Origin: Octopus sinensis
Lineage: Eukaryota
Assembly: GCF_006345805.1 (NCBI RefSeq)
Contig: NC_043000.1
Coordinates: 75,950,001-76,014,000 of the forward strand
Length of the DNA: 64,000 nt
Direction of reading: 5' to 3'
Part shown: piece after piece, positions 52,257 to 64,000 of the stretch
Numbering within the stretch: position 1 is the stretch's first letter
How the letters are laid out: the number at the start of each line of letters is the position of its first letter
Program-made: the position numbers and the translations under genes
The notes under the pieces: model-generated
The model's database searches: none
Told to the model about the DNA's origin: nothing
Seen by the model: only the letters and a program-made list of their open reading frames with translations

Positions 52257-52788
52257 TGTACGATAGGTGAACAGCGTAGAGGAAGACAGGCAGATAGGAT
52301 TAAGGAGCTAAGAAGGAGCTGGGGGAGATTACGGCGTGAAGGCACTGGCTATTTGTAGTAGCTCGTAACGGTATGTTTGTTTATGTTTTGATGTGTTAAA
52401 GAAGGAAAAAGAATTGTTGAAATGTAAAAGATTGATGTGAAAAAAGGAGGAAGAAGTACTGAATTAAAGAAATGAGATTATAAAGAACATTGTGAATTGT
52501 GTTACAGAGTTGTTGAAAAAGGAAAAGACTCTAATGTAGAACATTGAACTCTGAACTATATTGCATCAATTTGAACTGTATCGTTAATGTGAACATTATT
52601 TGTTTTAATTTGATCTGAACTGTTATCTCCGGTCGCCGGTTGCCGAGTTCGCTGCCACCTTCCCTCACCGAATTCTCTCTTTCCGTGGCGAATTCTCCGT
52701 TCGACGGAGCCTGGTCAATCGTCGTCGCTCGACTTGGTAGGGTCCCGAGTTTCCAAAGAGTTTGAGCGACGGCAGGTGATTCGTAACA
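52257..52788 (+). repeat. 5' LTR of a Gypsy-type retrotransposon
   Basis: TGTACGA start and TCGTAACA end (imperfect inverted termini), followed 2 nt later by a PBS. The left boundary is inferred. Confidence 0.65.
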
Positions 52789-52790
52789 AC

Positions 52791-52809
52791 TGGTGTCAGA
52801 AGTGGGATT
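52791..52809 (+). promoter_or_regulatory. Primer binding site complementary to tRNA-Leu 3' end
   Basis: TGGTGTCAGAAGTGGGATT is the reverse complement of the AATCCCACTTCTGACACCA 3' end of eukaryotic tRNA-Leu(CAA), from recall. Confidence 0.75.
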
Positions 52810-52833
52810 GTCCTGATTGCTGCGGTTGGTCGG

Positions 52834-54370
52834 TTGTTCGCTATGGATTCGGTGGAGGCACGAACTGGTAGCCAGACTGGAGGGGAAGAGATCTCGCTTG
52901 CCTTGATTGTAGAGATGTTGAGGGGCCAGATTACGCAGACAAACGCATTCTTGGAAAGGATGGATAAGAGGCGACAGGGCCTGTGGGCAGATCAGCAAGA
53001 GCTTGAGGTTGCGGATGGGTCAGCTTTGGAGGATCGGTGTTGGACCGGGGATAGTGACGGTCCTGTGTGCGGAGATTGCCCGTCAAATGAAGTGGAAAGT
53101 GAAGAGTGTGGGTCGGCGGAACCCTGTGATGTTGGACCTGAAGTGGATGTTGCGGAAACTGAAGCAGATGTTGCTGAGTCTGATGCTGAGAAGCCCGAAG
53201 AGCCTGCTGAGTGTGTGTTGTCTGCTGCTGTTGTTCCGTGTCTGGAGACTTTGGCATCTTGACCCCTGTCTTTCGGGACTCAGGACGAAGAGCTTGTGAA
53301 GTCTGGAGCTAATGTCACTGAGTCCAAGGAGCCGGCTGTGTGTGTGGTGGCCGCTGCGGTTGATGTTCCGTGTCTGAATCCTTTGGTGTCTGGAACCCTG
53401 TCTCTCGAGGTTCAGAGGGACTGTATGGTGCCCACTGTGGAGAGGCCACAGGTGTGGATGGACTGTCGGACGAACGTGCGTTCTGGGAAGCCTTCGGTGC
53501 AGAAGCTGGTAACAAGGAGGACCAAGCCTAGTGGTGAGGCGAGACGGCGGCGAACGGTGGTAGGACCACAGAGGACGGGAAGACTGCTCCAGTGTTGGGT
53601 GAGCTTTGTGGTTGATGGCTGCTTGGGGCTGGCGAAGCCCGACAGGCAGTACATAGCGAAAGCTCAAGTGAGGGTCGGGTGGACCCTGGTAGAGGCAGAA
53701 GCTGACAGAGCGCTGGCTGGGTCAGCCGATCTCTTGGAAGTGGCACAGGTGATTTGTAGAGGACAAATCAAGGAATCGTGCCAGATGGTGAACCAGCGGC
53801 AGGGCCAGTTCTGCCAGTACAGTAATACAGTCGAAGGAGTTGGTGGTCTACCGATGCAGTTGCGGAGGCGGTCCGCAGGGAGTCGCTGGTGCTTGGTGGC
53901 ACTCGGATGTTGCGGAAGAAGCAACCGTTGGTGAAAAACGCAGGACGTTGGTCGCATGGACCCAGTTCGGCTGCGAAAATCGAGGAGGTATCGGCGACAG
54001 GGAACAGTGGAAAGGCGGAACGGTCTCTGGTCGTCGGCCATTATGGCGCAGAACGAAGACGGCACAGCAAGGTGCTACGTGGGCTGTAGAGCGCTGAGGG
54101 AGGTGGTCACTGTGAAAGATTGGCCGGATCCTGCTTGTGTGAGGGAGCTAAGGAACTTCCTCGGACGGTGCGCCTATTGTAGGCGGCTCGTGGGAAGCCT
54201 CGTGGTCTTGGCGGAGCCGTTACCCAAGCCGCAGAGGGAAGATGCTAACTTGTGGCCGGTGGTGAAGTGGTGGCCGTGGGAAGCGAGACCTCCGGAAGAG
54301 AAACCACCCAAAGAGACCTCCAGTTCCTGGAGCATCTGCTGGAGCTCGCCCTCGGAGGTACGGGTTTAGT
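52834..54370 (+). mobile_element. Degenerate internal region of a Gypsy-type LTR element (gag-like start plus RT/RNase H connector relic)
   Basis: GC-rich, long ORFs. Acidic gag-like ORF 52834-53262. VTVKDWPDPACVRELRNFLGRCAYCRRLVGSLVVLAEPL matches the Gypsy WP.P..V.ELRSFLG.C.YYRRF connector. No YxDD core or integrase seen. Confidence 0.7.
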
Positions 54371-54579
54371 GTGCTTCTGTCGGGTCGACAAAGCTTAGGG
54401 AGGGGATTGTCATATGGGGGGGGGTCAATTCGGAAACAGTGCTATGACCTACTTTTGCTGGGTTGTAGTCTTGAAATCTGGGATATAAAGTTATTGTCCT
54501 TTGTTCTGCCATTTTCACGAAAGAGTAATGACTTTCGGAGAGACCTCTGCCCTTTTTCCGGTCAAAGAAGATATATAAG

Positions 54580-55080
54580 CTGGCAGATTCGGTAGCACGG
54601 CGGGCAAAAGGTTTAGTGCTCAAATTCTGCCGAAGTCAACATTGCCTTTCATCCTTTCGAGGTTGATAAAATAAAGTATCAGTGGAATACTGAAGGCAAT
54701 ATGATCGACTAGTCTCCTGCCCCCAAAGTTCAGGCCATGCGCCTATAGCAATAAGAATTATTGTTGTTGTTGTGCAAAAAATTAGGCAGCACACGAGAAA
54801 CCCATGCTACTTTTATGCTAGTAAGCCTTTTCAATAATGCTGTTCATTTTTCCTTGTAAGTCGTCTAAAATTGTTGTTTATGCTTTTCGAAAGTGATAGC
54901 GCACTCGAGGAGACACTCAATCTCATGTTTTAAGTATGCCCGTTCCAAAATTGTGCTTTGTTGCTGAGTTCGGCTCTCACCGAAATCAGCTTTGCTGTTC
55001 ATCTCTCTGGGGTCGATAAAATAAAGTACCAGTCAGCTAATGGGATCCATGGTATCGACTAACTCCTGCCCTTCAGAACT
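54580..55080 (+). mobile_element. Two SINE family 2 fragments (54580-54735 and 54965-55080)
   Basis: agctggcagattcggtagcacg...cattgcctttcatcctttcgaggttgataaaataaagtatcag; ctttgctgttcatctctctggggtcgataaaataaagtaccag. Confidence 0.7.
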
Positions 55081-55647
55081 GTTGGAGAGACGAGTGAGTC
55101 GATTGTGCTTGAGTGGTGGTAGTTCGAGACAGACCAGTTCCCAGGAACAGAGGCCATTAGAATAGCGATTGAAAAGACAGAGGGGAGCCATTGACATTAA
55201 CTAAAATGGAGGTGGATAAAGACTGAGTGAAAGCGCCAGATATTGGAGTGTACTCGATAGTGACTGAATTCTAATCAGTAGTCTTTGTCTCGATGCGTCC
55301 AAGATGTCATCACGCAAAACGGTGTCACTGTTTTACTTGTGGGAGTAGTACTTATTGTGGGTCTCAAGTCAGCCTTGTAGAATGACAGCACCCGCTGGAT
55401 TCTAAAGTGTATTCAGGTTCCTAAATAGAAGGGCTAGACTTTGAAAAGCGATCCTATAGATGCTAAGGATGTACTTTTGTCAGAAACCAGGGGAGATCTT
55501 CGGTAGTAGTGAAGCCAGGCATTTGGAGCGACGGTGAGGGCTCTAACCCAATGTGGCTATATAAATATAGAGAGATAGGTATAGATGTATATGTATACAT
55601 ATACATACATGCATGCATATATGTGTGTGCGCATGCGCGTGTATGTA

Positions 55648-55754
<107 letters not shown>

Positions 55755-57229
55755 TATATGCACGCGCGCACGCACACACATATATAATTTTTTAAAGTTA
55801 TCTCTACAGATTTTCTATAGAAATTAGAACCAACACTGAAAAGTGTCTTAGGTAACACTGATATTTTAAATAACATGCATGTTGAAGTTAGTTGTAATAA
55901 CACTAGTGTTGATAAATTGTATGAAATAACTTTAAAATGAGAAAGAAATGAATTATGAATAGCGATAAAATTTACTTACAGCTGTAGCTGTTCACATAAG
56001 AAATAGCTACTATTACCGGTAGCACTTGGTACAGCATGATGACCAATTGGTTTATCTTTTCTTTCTGCCTCTTAAGGACTGGTGAGTGTTGTTTTTCCGA
56101 AACAAGGACAGGCTTGACAAACGTCTCAAATAAACGCTTGGTTGGGCCATTTTACTTATGATAAAAACAATCGTATCAGAACTGTTAAATAATTACGTGG
56201 TTAAATAATTACGTGGTTAAATAATCACGTGTCAATCAATGGTTAAATAATTACATGGTTAAATAATCACGTGTCAATCAATGTATTTATAAACAACAAT
56301 GCTATTAACAATATAATTTTTTAAGAATAAGTAATATTCATTGATCCTGAAAATGCAAATGACTCCCAACAGGTTTTCATTTAATTGCTGAGAATATATT
56401 CTGGTCATTAAATGTCCGCTCCCAACGATAACAAAAATAATTTACCGCAGGTTCACATGTTTTACCATGCTATTTTTTCTCTTGGCGAAATTCTTTTATC
56501 TTTTTTAATTGTTTTGTACACAGGACACATTTACACCAACATTAATTCTAAGTAATCTGTATTCTGATATTCAAATCAAATATATATTTTCTTACAGACA
56601 ATTCATTCCTATATTGTCTTTACAATTTGTGACATTTATTTTTTTTTCCACTCCCTCCATGCGGCAGCTCAGGAAAATTTCGGCCAGAAAACTATGAAGA
56701 CGGGTACACTTTTATATAAGAATGAAATCTGAGAAATGAGTTTTAAATGTATTTATTATACAAATAAATAAATTCGAATGTCAGTTTTTAATGTAATTCT
56801 AAAGTAGCAATAGATAAAGATAATGGAACACAAAAGCAATTCTTCTGTTTCGGTGTTTTGCCGTAAAACAAAGGAAGATATCTTCGAGTCAGATTTTCGT
56901 AACATCATTTAATCATAGAATTCCGTAGACAGGTCTTGATCATCAGCGGCTTGAGAAAAACTCGTTTACAGCCCACAATTTGCTACAAATTGTTGTAACG
57001 CTTACTGGCAGTGTTATGATATTTGAAACAGTTTGAAGAATTCAACGAAGGGATCTCTGTGGATTAAAAAGTAACCAGTATGATCAATGAATTCAAAATG
57101 CATGACTTCCGCTCAACTTGACGCATTTCAAATTGTTTAAATTCAACTAAAATGTCTTTGAGTTCATGAATGTTGATTTTCGGACTTGAAGAAGGAAAGG
57201 CTCTTCATGATATTAGTTTCTTACTAAAA

Positions 57230-57720
57230 AGTGCTGTTGGAGCTCTAGGTAAATCAGGTTCTAAAACAGGAACTATGGTCTTACGGATACTTTAATCTCG
57301 TGAGACCAAGGATGTTCGCCCGGAACAACTTGCTTCAATCTTGTTGACAAAGCAGCATCTGATACAGTGAGAGATAGTCTTAGCTATAATAATTACATTT
57401 AAAGGGACTGTCTGTCCGAATTGCTCTGGTGCTATATTTCCGTTGGTTTTGCTTTTCTTGCGATGTGGCCTAGACAGTAGATGCGTCGTCGGTTGTAGCA
57501 GTATGAGGAGATTGTGTATCTGAGCACGAGTCAGGACCTCACTTTTAGTGATTCGATTGGTCAGTTTGATGTTCAGAATCTGTCTCAGGCTGCGTAAGTC
57601 GAAGGCAGTTAGACACTAATCTTGTTGGAGTACATTCTTCAGCCTCCATTGCTACAGAGCAGTGTGTTGAGGACACAACCTCCGTAGAATGTAACTTTTT
57701 CTATGCACCGATAGCATACA
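57230..57720 (-). mobile_element. Old RTE-clade LINE RT C-terminal fragment
   Basis: YGGCVLNTLL...TAFDLRSLRQILNIKLTNRITKSEVLTRA...LGHIAR resembles RTE CVLSTLLY...F..RCLRRIL.I.W.D.I.N.EVL.RA...WLGHV.R. Confidence 0.65.
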
Positions 57721-58719
57721 GTTCTTCAACACTTTTGCTGTTAGCTTAGCTAGTAAGTAGTATTGATATTGCTCTTCCAATACGTCACTTGTTCATAGAC
57801 TGTAGAGAGAGAGTTTGTGATGGTAGAGGCAATTAGTGGACAGCCTCTAAAAGGGGGCTGATTTTGTGACTCAAACTAACTAGATCCAAGTACAGTGAAT
57901 ACCATCCTCCACAATTTGCTACTCAAATGAAGTACATATGTATTTCAACAATTTCTATCAAATACACTCTCTTTCTTGAGCATAAAATTCCTCTTCCCGA
58001 ATGACAATAACTTATATGTCAGATTGTTGCACAAGTTCTAGCTGTTTTGATAAGGGAAATCGGAAAGGTTTGAAATTATTTCATCGGCATTTACTTGTAA
58101 CAAAGAGCACTCTTTCGGTAGACAACATGTTGATCTCATAAGTGTTGCGTGGTGGAAATGCAATTACCAAACTTTCAATTCATTATTTCATTTTTTTTTT
58201 TGTTTTTTTTAAATTTGCATTTCAAATTGTACATCTGTACTCCCGACTGGGTACAAGCGCATATCTAAAACGACTCCAAGGGTCAAAAGGGGGTCTTTGG
58301 CCAAAATGGGTTGAGGACCTTTGATCTACCTGATGTCCATAGATACTACGGACTGCACTGTAATCATCCCAGGAATGTAAACTATGATCTTAAGAAACAA
58401 GCAATTTGTGGAAATGCATGTACCGATGCATTAAAATATTTATAATTTCTATCCAAGGATTATTATCATCATTACTATATTTATCTTCCATAATATTGGC
58501 AAAGCTCGATGCGATCCCAAAAAACTGGTATCGTCACTTGGCATCATTAGGCTGTAGCCGGCATAATAGAATAAGAGTTTTATATGCATATTCGAAATGT
58601 TTCCCGTAAACGAACTTAAAAGATATATATATATATATATATAAAATAAAAAGAAGCAACAGGATATGCGACTGTTTCAAGCGGCCCCATTTAAATTGAA
58701 CGACGCAATTATTACATCA

Positions 58720-60161
58720 ATTTAAATGCACGACTTTCCTCAGCTGCATAAAAAGAACTTCCAAGAAAATCCTGTTGTTAGACTAATTTGCCCGACTAAG
58801 TCCGATATAGATCGACTTAGCAAATCTATTCTGGATACTATACTATTCCGAATAATTCCTAATCTTTCTTTCAGACAATGGTTTGATACGGATGAAGTGA
58901 TATATTGATTTAAATCCATTGAAAATACACGTAATTATTTTTTTATTCAATTTGATATTAACAGTTATTATTCTAGTATATCTCCTATTCTTCTCTAGTT
59001 TTTGCAAAAACCTCTCTCATAACTAGGGATAAAATTGACATTGTTCTTTTAGCTAGGAAGACTATTATAGAATTTGATGGTAAGCTATGGACAAGGTCTG
59101 ATACCCCTGATAATTTCGATATATCTATGGGCTCGAGTGATTCGGCTGAAAAGATATGCACCTACTTGGTGCATATCTTTTAAGGTGCCTCAATAGTGAA
59201 ATCCCTGATTTGCAGGGAGGTTTATATAGAGATGATGCTCTATTTATTATCCCTAGCGACAATAAATCAGTCAGAAAGAATGAGAAAAAAATTAGAAATT
59301 TTTTTTTTGAACTTCAACTCAGGTATTATGTTTGAATATGGCACAAAAGTGGAAAATTACTTAGACATGACATTAGACATTACTCAGGATTATACTACCC
59401 CTATAGGAAACCAGGTCAAGTTACGAGGTACGTGAACAAATTATCAAATCACCTCACCTGATGTATTAAAATCAGCGGTTCAAAGTATTTCTAAGAGAAT
59501 TACAAACTTGTCAGCAAACAAAGACATTTTTAATACCCATTTCCACCACTACAACTTCGCTTTGTCTCAGGTAGGATACGATAATGAAATTACTTTTCTT
59601 AGTCCTGAAAGTACAGCACCTAATAATAGTGGAAGTAATGAAATTTTAAATGACAGAGGGATTACAAACTTACTTGGTCGGGAAAACATACCAACTAGAA
59701 AAGCATCTAGCAAACCCATCAATTCAAATTTAAAAAATAGGCAACAACAGAAAATTAGATGTTATAACAAGTAGGCATTTTTGTTTAGATAATAAGGGTA
59801 GTGAAGGGAACGAGCGAGTTGCTCCACCTTAAAAGGATAATAAGAATACTGGTAATAGAGACATACCTCATAATCAAGCCACGATTTTGAGAGGCGTTGA
59901 GAGAGCAGGTAGATTCCGCCCTTACATACGCCGTAAGTCTGATAATAAGGACTTCATCTAGTATAACATTCCTTACAACTGTGCCTTATCCACAAATACA
60001 TATGGGAAATTCATGACAATTTTACAAAAAAATTTCCCTGCTTCCCATAGATAAAACAGAATTTTTTCCCGTAAGACAGTTAGAATCTCATATTCTACTC
60101 TCCCCAATATGGGTACCACCATAGCAAGGTTAAATAGAAAGAATCTTAAATTTGCAAGAGG

Positions 60162-60231
<70 letters not shown>

Positions 60232-61250
60232 GTCAACACTAACTTGAACCCCTACAATGTGAATAATAATATTAATGGTGACGTGGAATGGATGTTAATG
60301 ATACTACAGTTGAAGGATGGAGTGATAATAACAGATACGAAAATAATACATACGATAGTAGTGGTAGGTTAATATTAATAGTGATAATGATAATAATTAT
60401 ATGAATATCTTTATATATAAAAGTAAGGTTGTGTGTCTGTCTCCTACGATTTAGATTCCTAACTACTCCCACATTTTGCGGTGCAGTTTAACCAAAACCG
60501 GGTATCTTATAGTCGTGATTCATATCGAGCCCTTCTGGGTATTAGCGCGCGTCTACGATGAGTCTACGATTTTAAAAAAATTTACCATAATTTTTTCCAT
60601 TTTAATGCATTTATATAAGTATAAGGGAAGTAACTCTCTAAAAATGTCTACGATGAGTCAACGATTTTTTTTTTAAATTACCATCATTTTTTTTTCCATT
60701 TTTAATGCATTTTTTTGCTATTTTTTGGCTATAACTCTCTAAAAATGCTTATATAGTTATTTCCCTTACAAACCCGAGCAACGCCGGGCGATACTGCTAG
60801 TCATTAATATTAATAGTATAATAATGATATGAATATCAATAATATTAATAGTCGTAATTCTCCTAGTTGCAATTGTAGAGTTAAATCCTACTGTCCGTTA
60901 TTAGGCTGATGTCTAATCCAAAACGTAATCTATAAGTGTACAATTACAACTGTGGCTGGTAGCTTTATATACATAGGATGTTCTATAAGTATGAAAAAAC
61001 GTATTAATAACCATTTTTCATCTCAAACATAAGGCCAATTGTTCGTCCTTATCTAGCAAGATTTGGGAACTGAAGGAAAGCTGAACTGAATTTAGCCTTA
61101 AATGGGATATTATAAGGAAAGTGTAACCTTATAGAGATAGTCGATACGGGTGCGAATTGTGCTCTATGGAAACTTATGAGATTTTTAAGTATAGGGACAA
61201 GAGCAACCTGATTAATAATAGATTAGACCTAAGGGTATCATACGTACATA
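58720..61250 (+). mobile_element. Penelope-like element relic, copy 2 (RT plus GIY-YIG)
   Basis: NFQENPVVRLICPTKSDI; IQFDINSYYSSI; MGSSDSAE; YRDDAL; HRxNRIFSRKTVRISYSTLPNM; NVIYKCTI...YIGCS...KKRINNH; SLSSKIWELK...CELCSMETYEI. Interrupted by (AAT)n and a Helitron MITE. Confidence 0.85.
60408..60800 (+). mobile_element. Non-autonomous Helitron
   Basis: Inserted at A|T; 5' TCTTTATATATAAAAG; 3' hairpin cccg-agcaacgc-cggg then CTAG. Confidence 0.85.
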
Positions 61251-61836
61251 GTCACCTGGACATTTAAATATTTTCTAAATTAGCGTTTAAAGGTGTTATA
61301 CTTGAACCTAGATAGGGGAAATTAATTTTTAGTGTCATATCTGATGTGAACTTACCCCCTAGTATTATATATAATAAAATCATGGGATATTGAGTTATAT
61401 GGTGAATTAAAATGCATTGCACATATTATAAGCTATATGGTATAGTATATGGAATGCTACATGTAGTTACTATCCTATGAATAATCCTGCCAAGTTAGTC
61501 TGACTTCATCATGTTTTTGGTGATTAAACTATTTATTCCTTTCTACCCTACTAATCATATTATTTATTTTGTAATGGCTTTTATGTAAGTAAGCCTCCTT
61601 ATTATATACCCCTGTGAAACTTTAAAATCATGTATGTAATAAAGGTAACTTTATAACTTATAAAATACCCCTTCGGTCTGAATACCTCCTACTCCCTCAC
61701 TACTACCATACGTATTGTGAGAATATCTTTATCGCTCCCCTACATCAAATTTTAATACTCTGTCTCTTTAAAATGTAAGTTATATATATTTTCTTACTAT
61801 TCTCTATAATTTCTTATTATTTTGTTTTCTTATATA

Positions 61837-62213
61837 GGCGCAGGAGTGGCTGTGTGATATGTAGCTTGCTTACATGGTTCCGGGTTCAGTCCCACTGCGT
61901 GGCACCTTGCGAAAATGTCTTCTACTATAGCCTCGGGCCGACCAAAACCTTGTGAGTGGATTTGGTAGACAGAAACTGAAAGAAGCCCGTTGTACATATT
62001 TATATATATATATATGTGTGTGTGTATATGTTTGTGCGTCTGTGCTTGTCTGGTGTATTTATGTCCCCGTAACTTAGCGGTTCGGCAAAAAAGTGACCGA
62101 TAGAATAAGTACTAGGCTTACAAAGAATAAGCCCTGGAGTCAATTTGCTCGACTACAGGCAGTGCCCCAGCATGGCCACAATCAAATGACTGAAACAAAT
62201 AAAAGAATAAAGA
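61837..62213 (+). mobile_element. SINE family 1, near full-length
   Basis: Colinear match to 41747-42160 from GGCGCAGGAGTGGC to GACTGAAACAAATAAAAGAA. Confidence 0.9.
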
Positions 62214-63332
62214 ATTATTTTGATACCTTTACCTATTAACCTCTTATCCCTTATAAGTTGTTAATATTCTTAAATAGAGTTATAAACTTTCTAGTTACTT
62301 AAACCTATGAGAATTGATTATAACATACCCATAATAAAGTAGAAATGTTTGTGTATATTTGCAGATGAGCACATAGTTAAATATGTGTATCTGTGCACAA
62401 CTTTTTTTCTGATTCTTAGCTTATAATTAATATATAAATAGCATGATTTATCGCCCCAGTATCCTATAAGTAAATACCAGAACAGTCTTTATAGATACCA
62501 CCTGATAAGTAAATAATTAAATACCTGTATGAATATTAAACTAATTCTATGTAATCTTCCCTTTCTAATGTTTAAAATTGGTATATATACACATTTATCT
62601 ATCCTGGTTATAATATCGTTTTTAATAATCTTAAATTTTATCTTTATACAATATAATAATATTGTTTATATACAATCACCCACAGTACTCCTTGATAATT
62701 TCCTCTGTATTAACATCATAGGTTTTATTAGCGTCTTGCTCCTTTAACTGGTAATTAACATCTTGATTTAGGGTCTTTCCCTATCCAGCCTCCTTTATAG
62801 ACAGTTACTTTATACTAAACCTAAGATCCTGACAATATTTATGACTATACCCAGCCACGTACTGTCAACTCATTCCTGCCCTCCATTCTAAACAGACACA
62901 ATCCACTAGTCTTTTGGTAGTTGATAATAAGACTAATAAATTAAAAATAAACAATAATCCTTTACAAGCTGACCCCTACAAAACTTCATACAGTTCTTAG
63001 AAGTGTAGTATATTTTTAACTACATTAATGATAGCATGGACTCTTTCCCTATTCTAGCTCTATTAGAGCATTTGAGTAAAATTATAGTAATGTGTCCAAC
63101 TGATTAAAAAATTCTATTTATTTATTTATGCAGCTGAGGAAATCCCTGCATTTAAATTGGTGTAAGGATTGCATTGTTCAAGTAAATGGAGCTGTTTGAA
63201 ACGGTCGTACTGCATTACCTCTTGATATCTTGTTGCATATTTTGATTTTATTCACCTTACCTTGAGTTGTACGGATAATACCACACTTACCTGGTGCTTC
63301 AACTTAAGCACCTAATTCAACTGAATATATAT

Positions 63333-63632
63333 ATATAAATTAGAAAAAAACACCTTTAATCAATTCAATAATGAAAAAATTAGATTATACCATTTAGAAA
63401 AAATTACATCTTATAGAAAGATTAAATATAAGATAAAACATATACCAATGATTAAGTAATGTACAAAATAATAAATAAAATGTATATGTTTATCATTTTG
63501 CACATTACATAATCATTGGTATATGTTTTATCTTATATTTAATCTTTCTATAAGATGTAATTTTTCTAAATGGTATGATTTAATTTTTTCATTATTGAAT
63601 TGATTAAAGGAGGTTTTTTTCTAATTTATATA
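63333..63632. repeat. AT-rich fold-back repeat; related copy at 32290-32580
   Basis: aattagaaaaaaacacctttaatcaattcaataatgaaaaaat ... attttttcattattgaattgattaaaggaggttttttctaatt. Confidence 0.8.
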
Positions 63633-63636
63633 TATA

Positions 63637-63677
<41 letters not shown>

Positions 63678-63740
63678 GAAATTTGATTTAGTATTTCTAA
63701 ATTGAATTATTTCCCTGTAAGTTTGGAATAATATTCCCTC

Positions 63741-63778
<38 letters not shown>

Positions 63779-64000
63779 GCAAAAATTTAGATTCAGATGA
63801 ATATGGTACTACCCGTACTACAAATATTTTAGAAATTAGCACTTTATTGATCTTGTGATTTAAAACCTATAATATACCCCTTAGTTTAAAATCAGTGCAT
63901 AGGTAGCATGCCTTACAGCATTAATTTTCCTTTAGTTAATACTGGGTATCAGTTATTATAGATACAAGCTAATTAAGTTAATAAACAATTTTTAATTTTA

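Noticed and set aside
59973-60372. Poly-Leu and poly-Asn ORFs
   Set aside because: An (AAT)n microsatellite inside the Penelope relic.

Overview
This is AT-rich, repeat-saturated animal genomic DNA. The SINE families and dense (TA)n/(CA)n/(GA)n/(TATG)n tracts resemble those I recall from Octopus genomes, so a cephalopod host is inferred but not proven. I see no intact cellular gene, rRNA, real tRNA gene or CRISPR array. Most ORF-track entries are translated microsatellites or antisense shadows. Recognisable elements: two mariner relics, a pogo/Tigger-like relic, an internally deleted Helitron and a Helitron MITE, a near full-length CR1-like LINE plus fragments, RTE fragments, three Penelope-like relics, a degenerate Gypsy-type LTR element with a tRNA-Leu PBS, a Merlin/ISXO2 transposase relic with a triplicated 5' end, two TIR elements with 8/9-bp TSDs, several SINE families and many fold-back palindromes. 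The best non-TE signal is at 44791-46970 (minus strand): about 20 tandem 37-aa six-cysteine pacifastin/VWC-like modules in a 4-module higher-order repeat, now broken by stops and frameshifts. All family assignments come from motif recognition by eye; no database search was run. Coordinates of degenerate elements are approximate.
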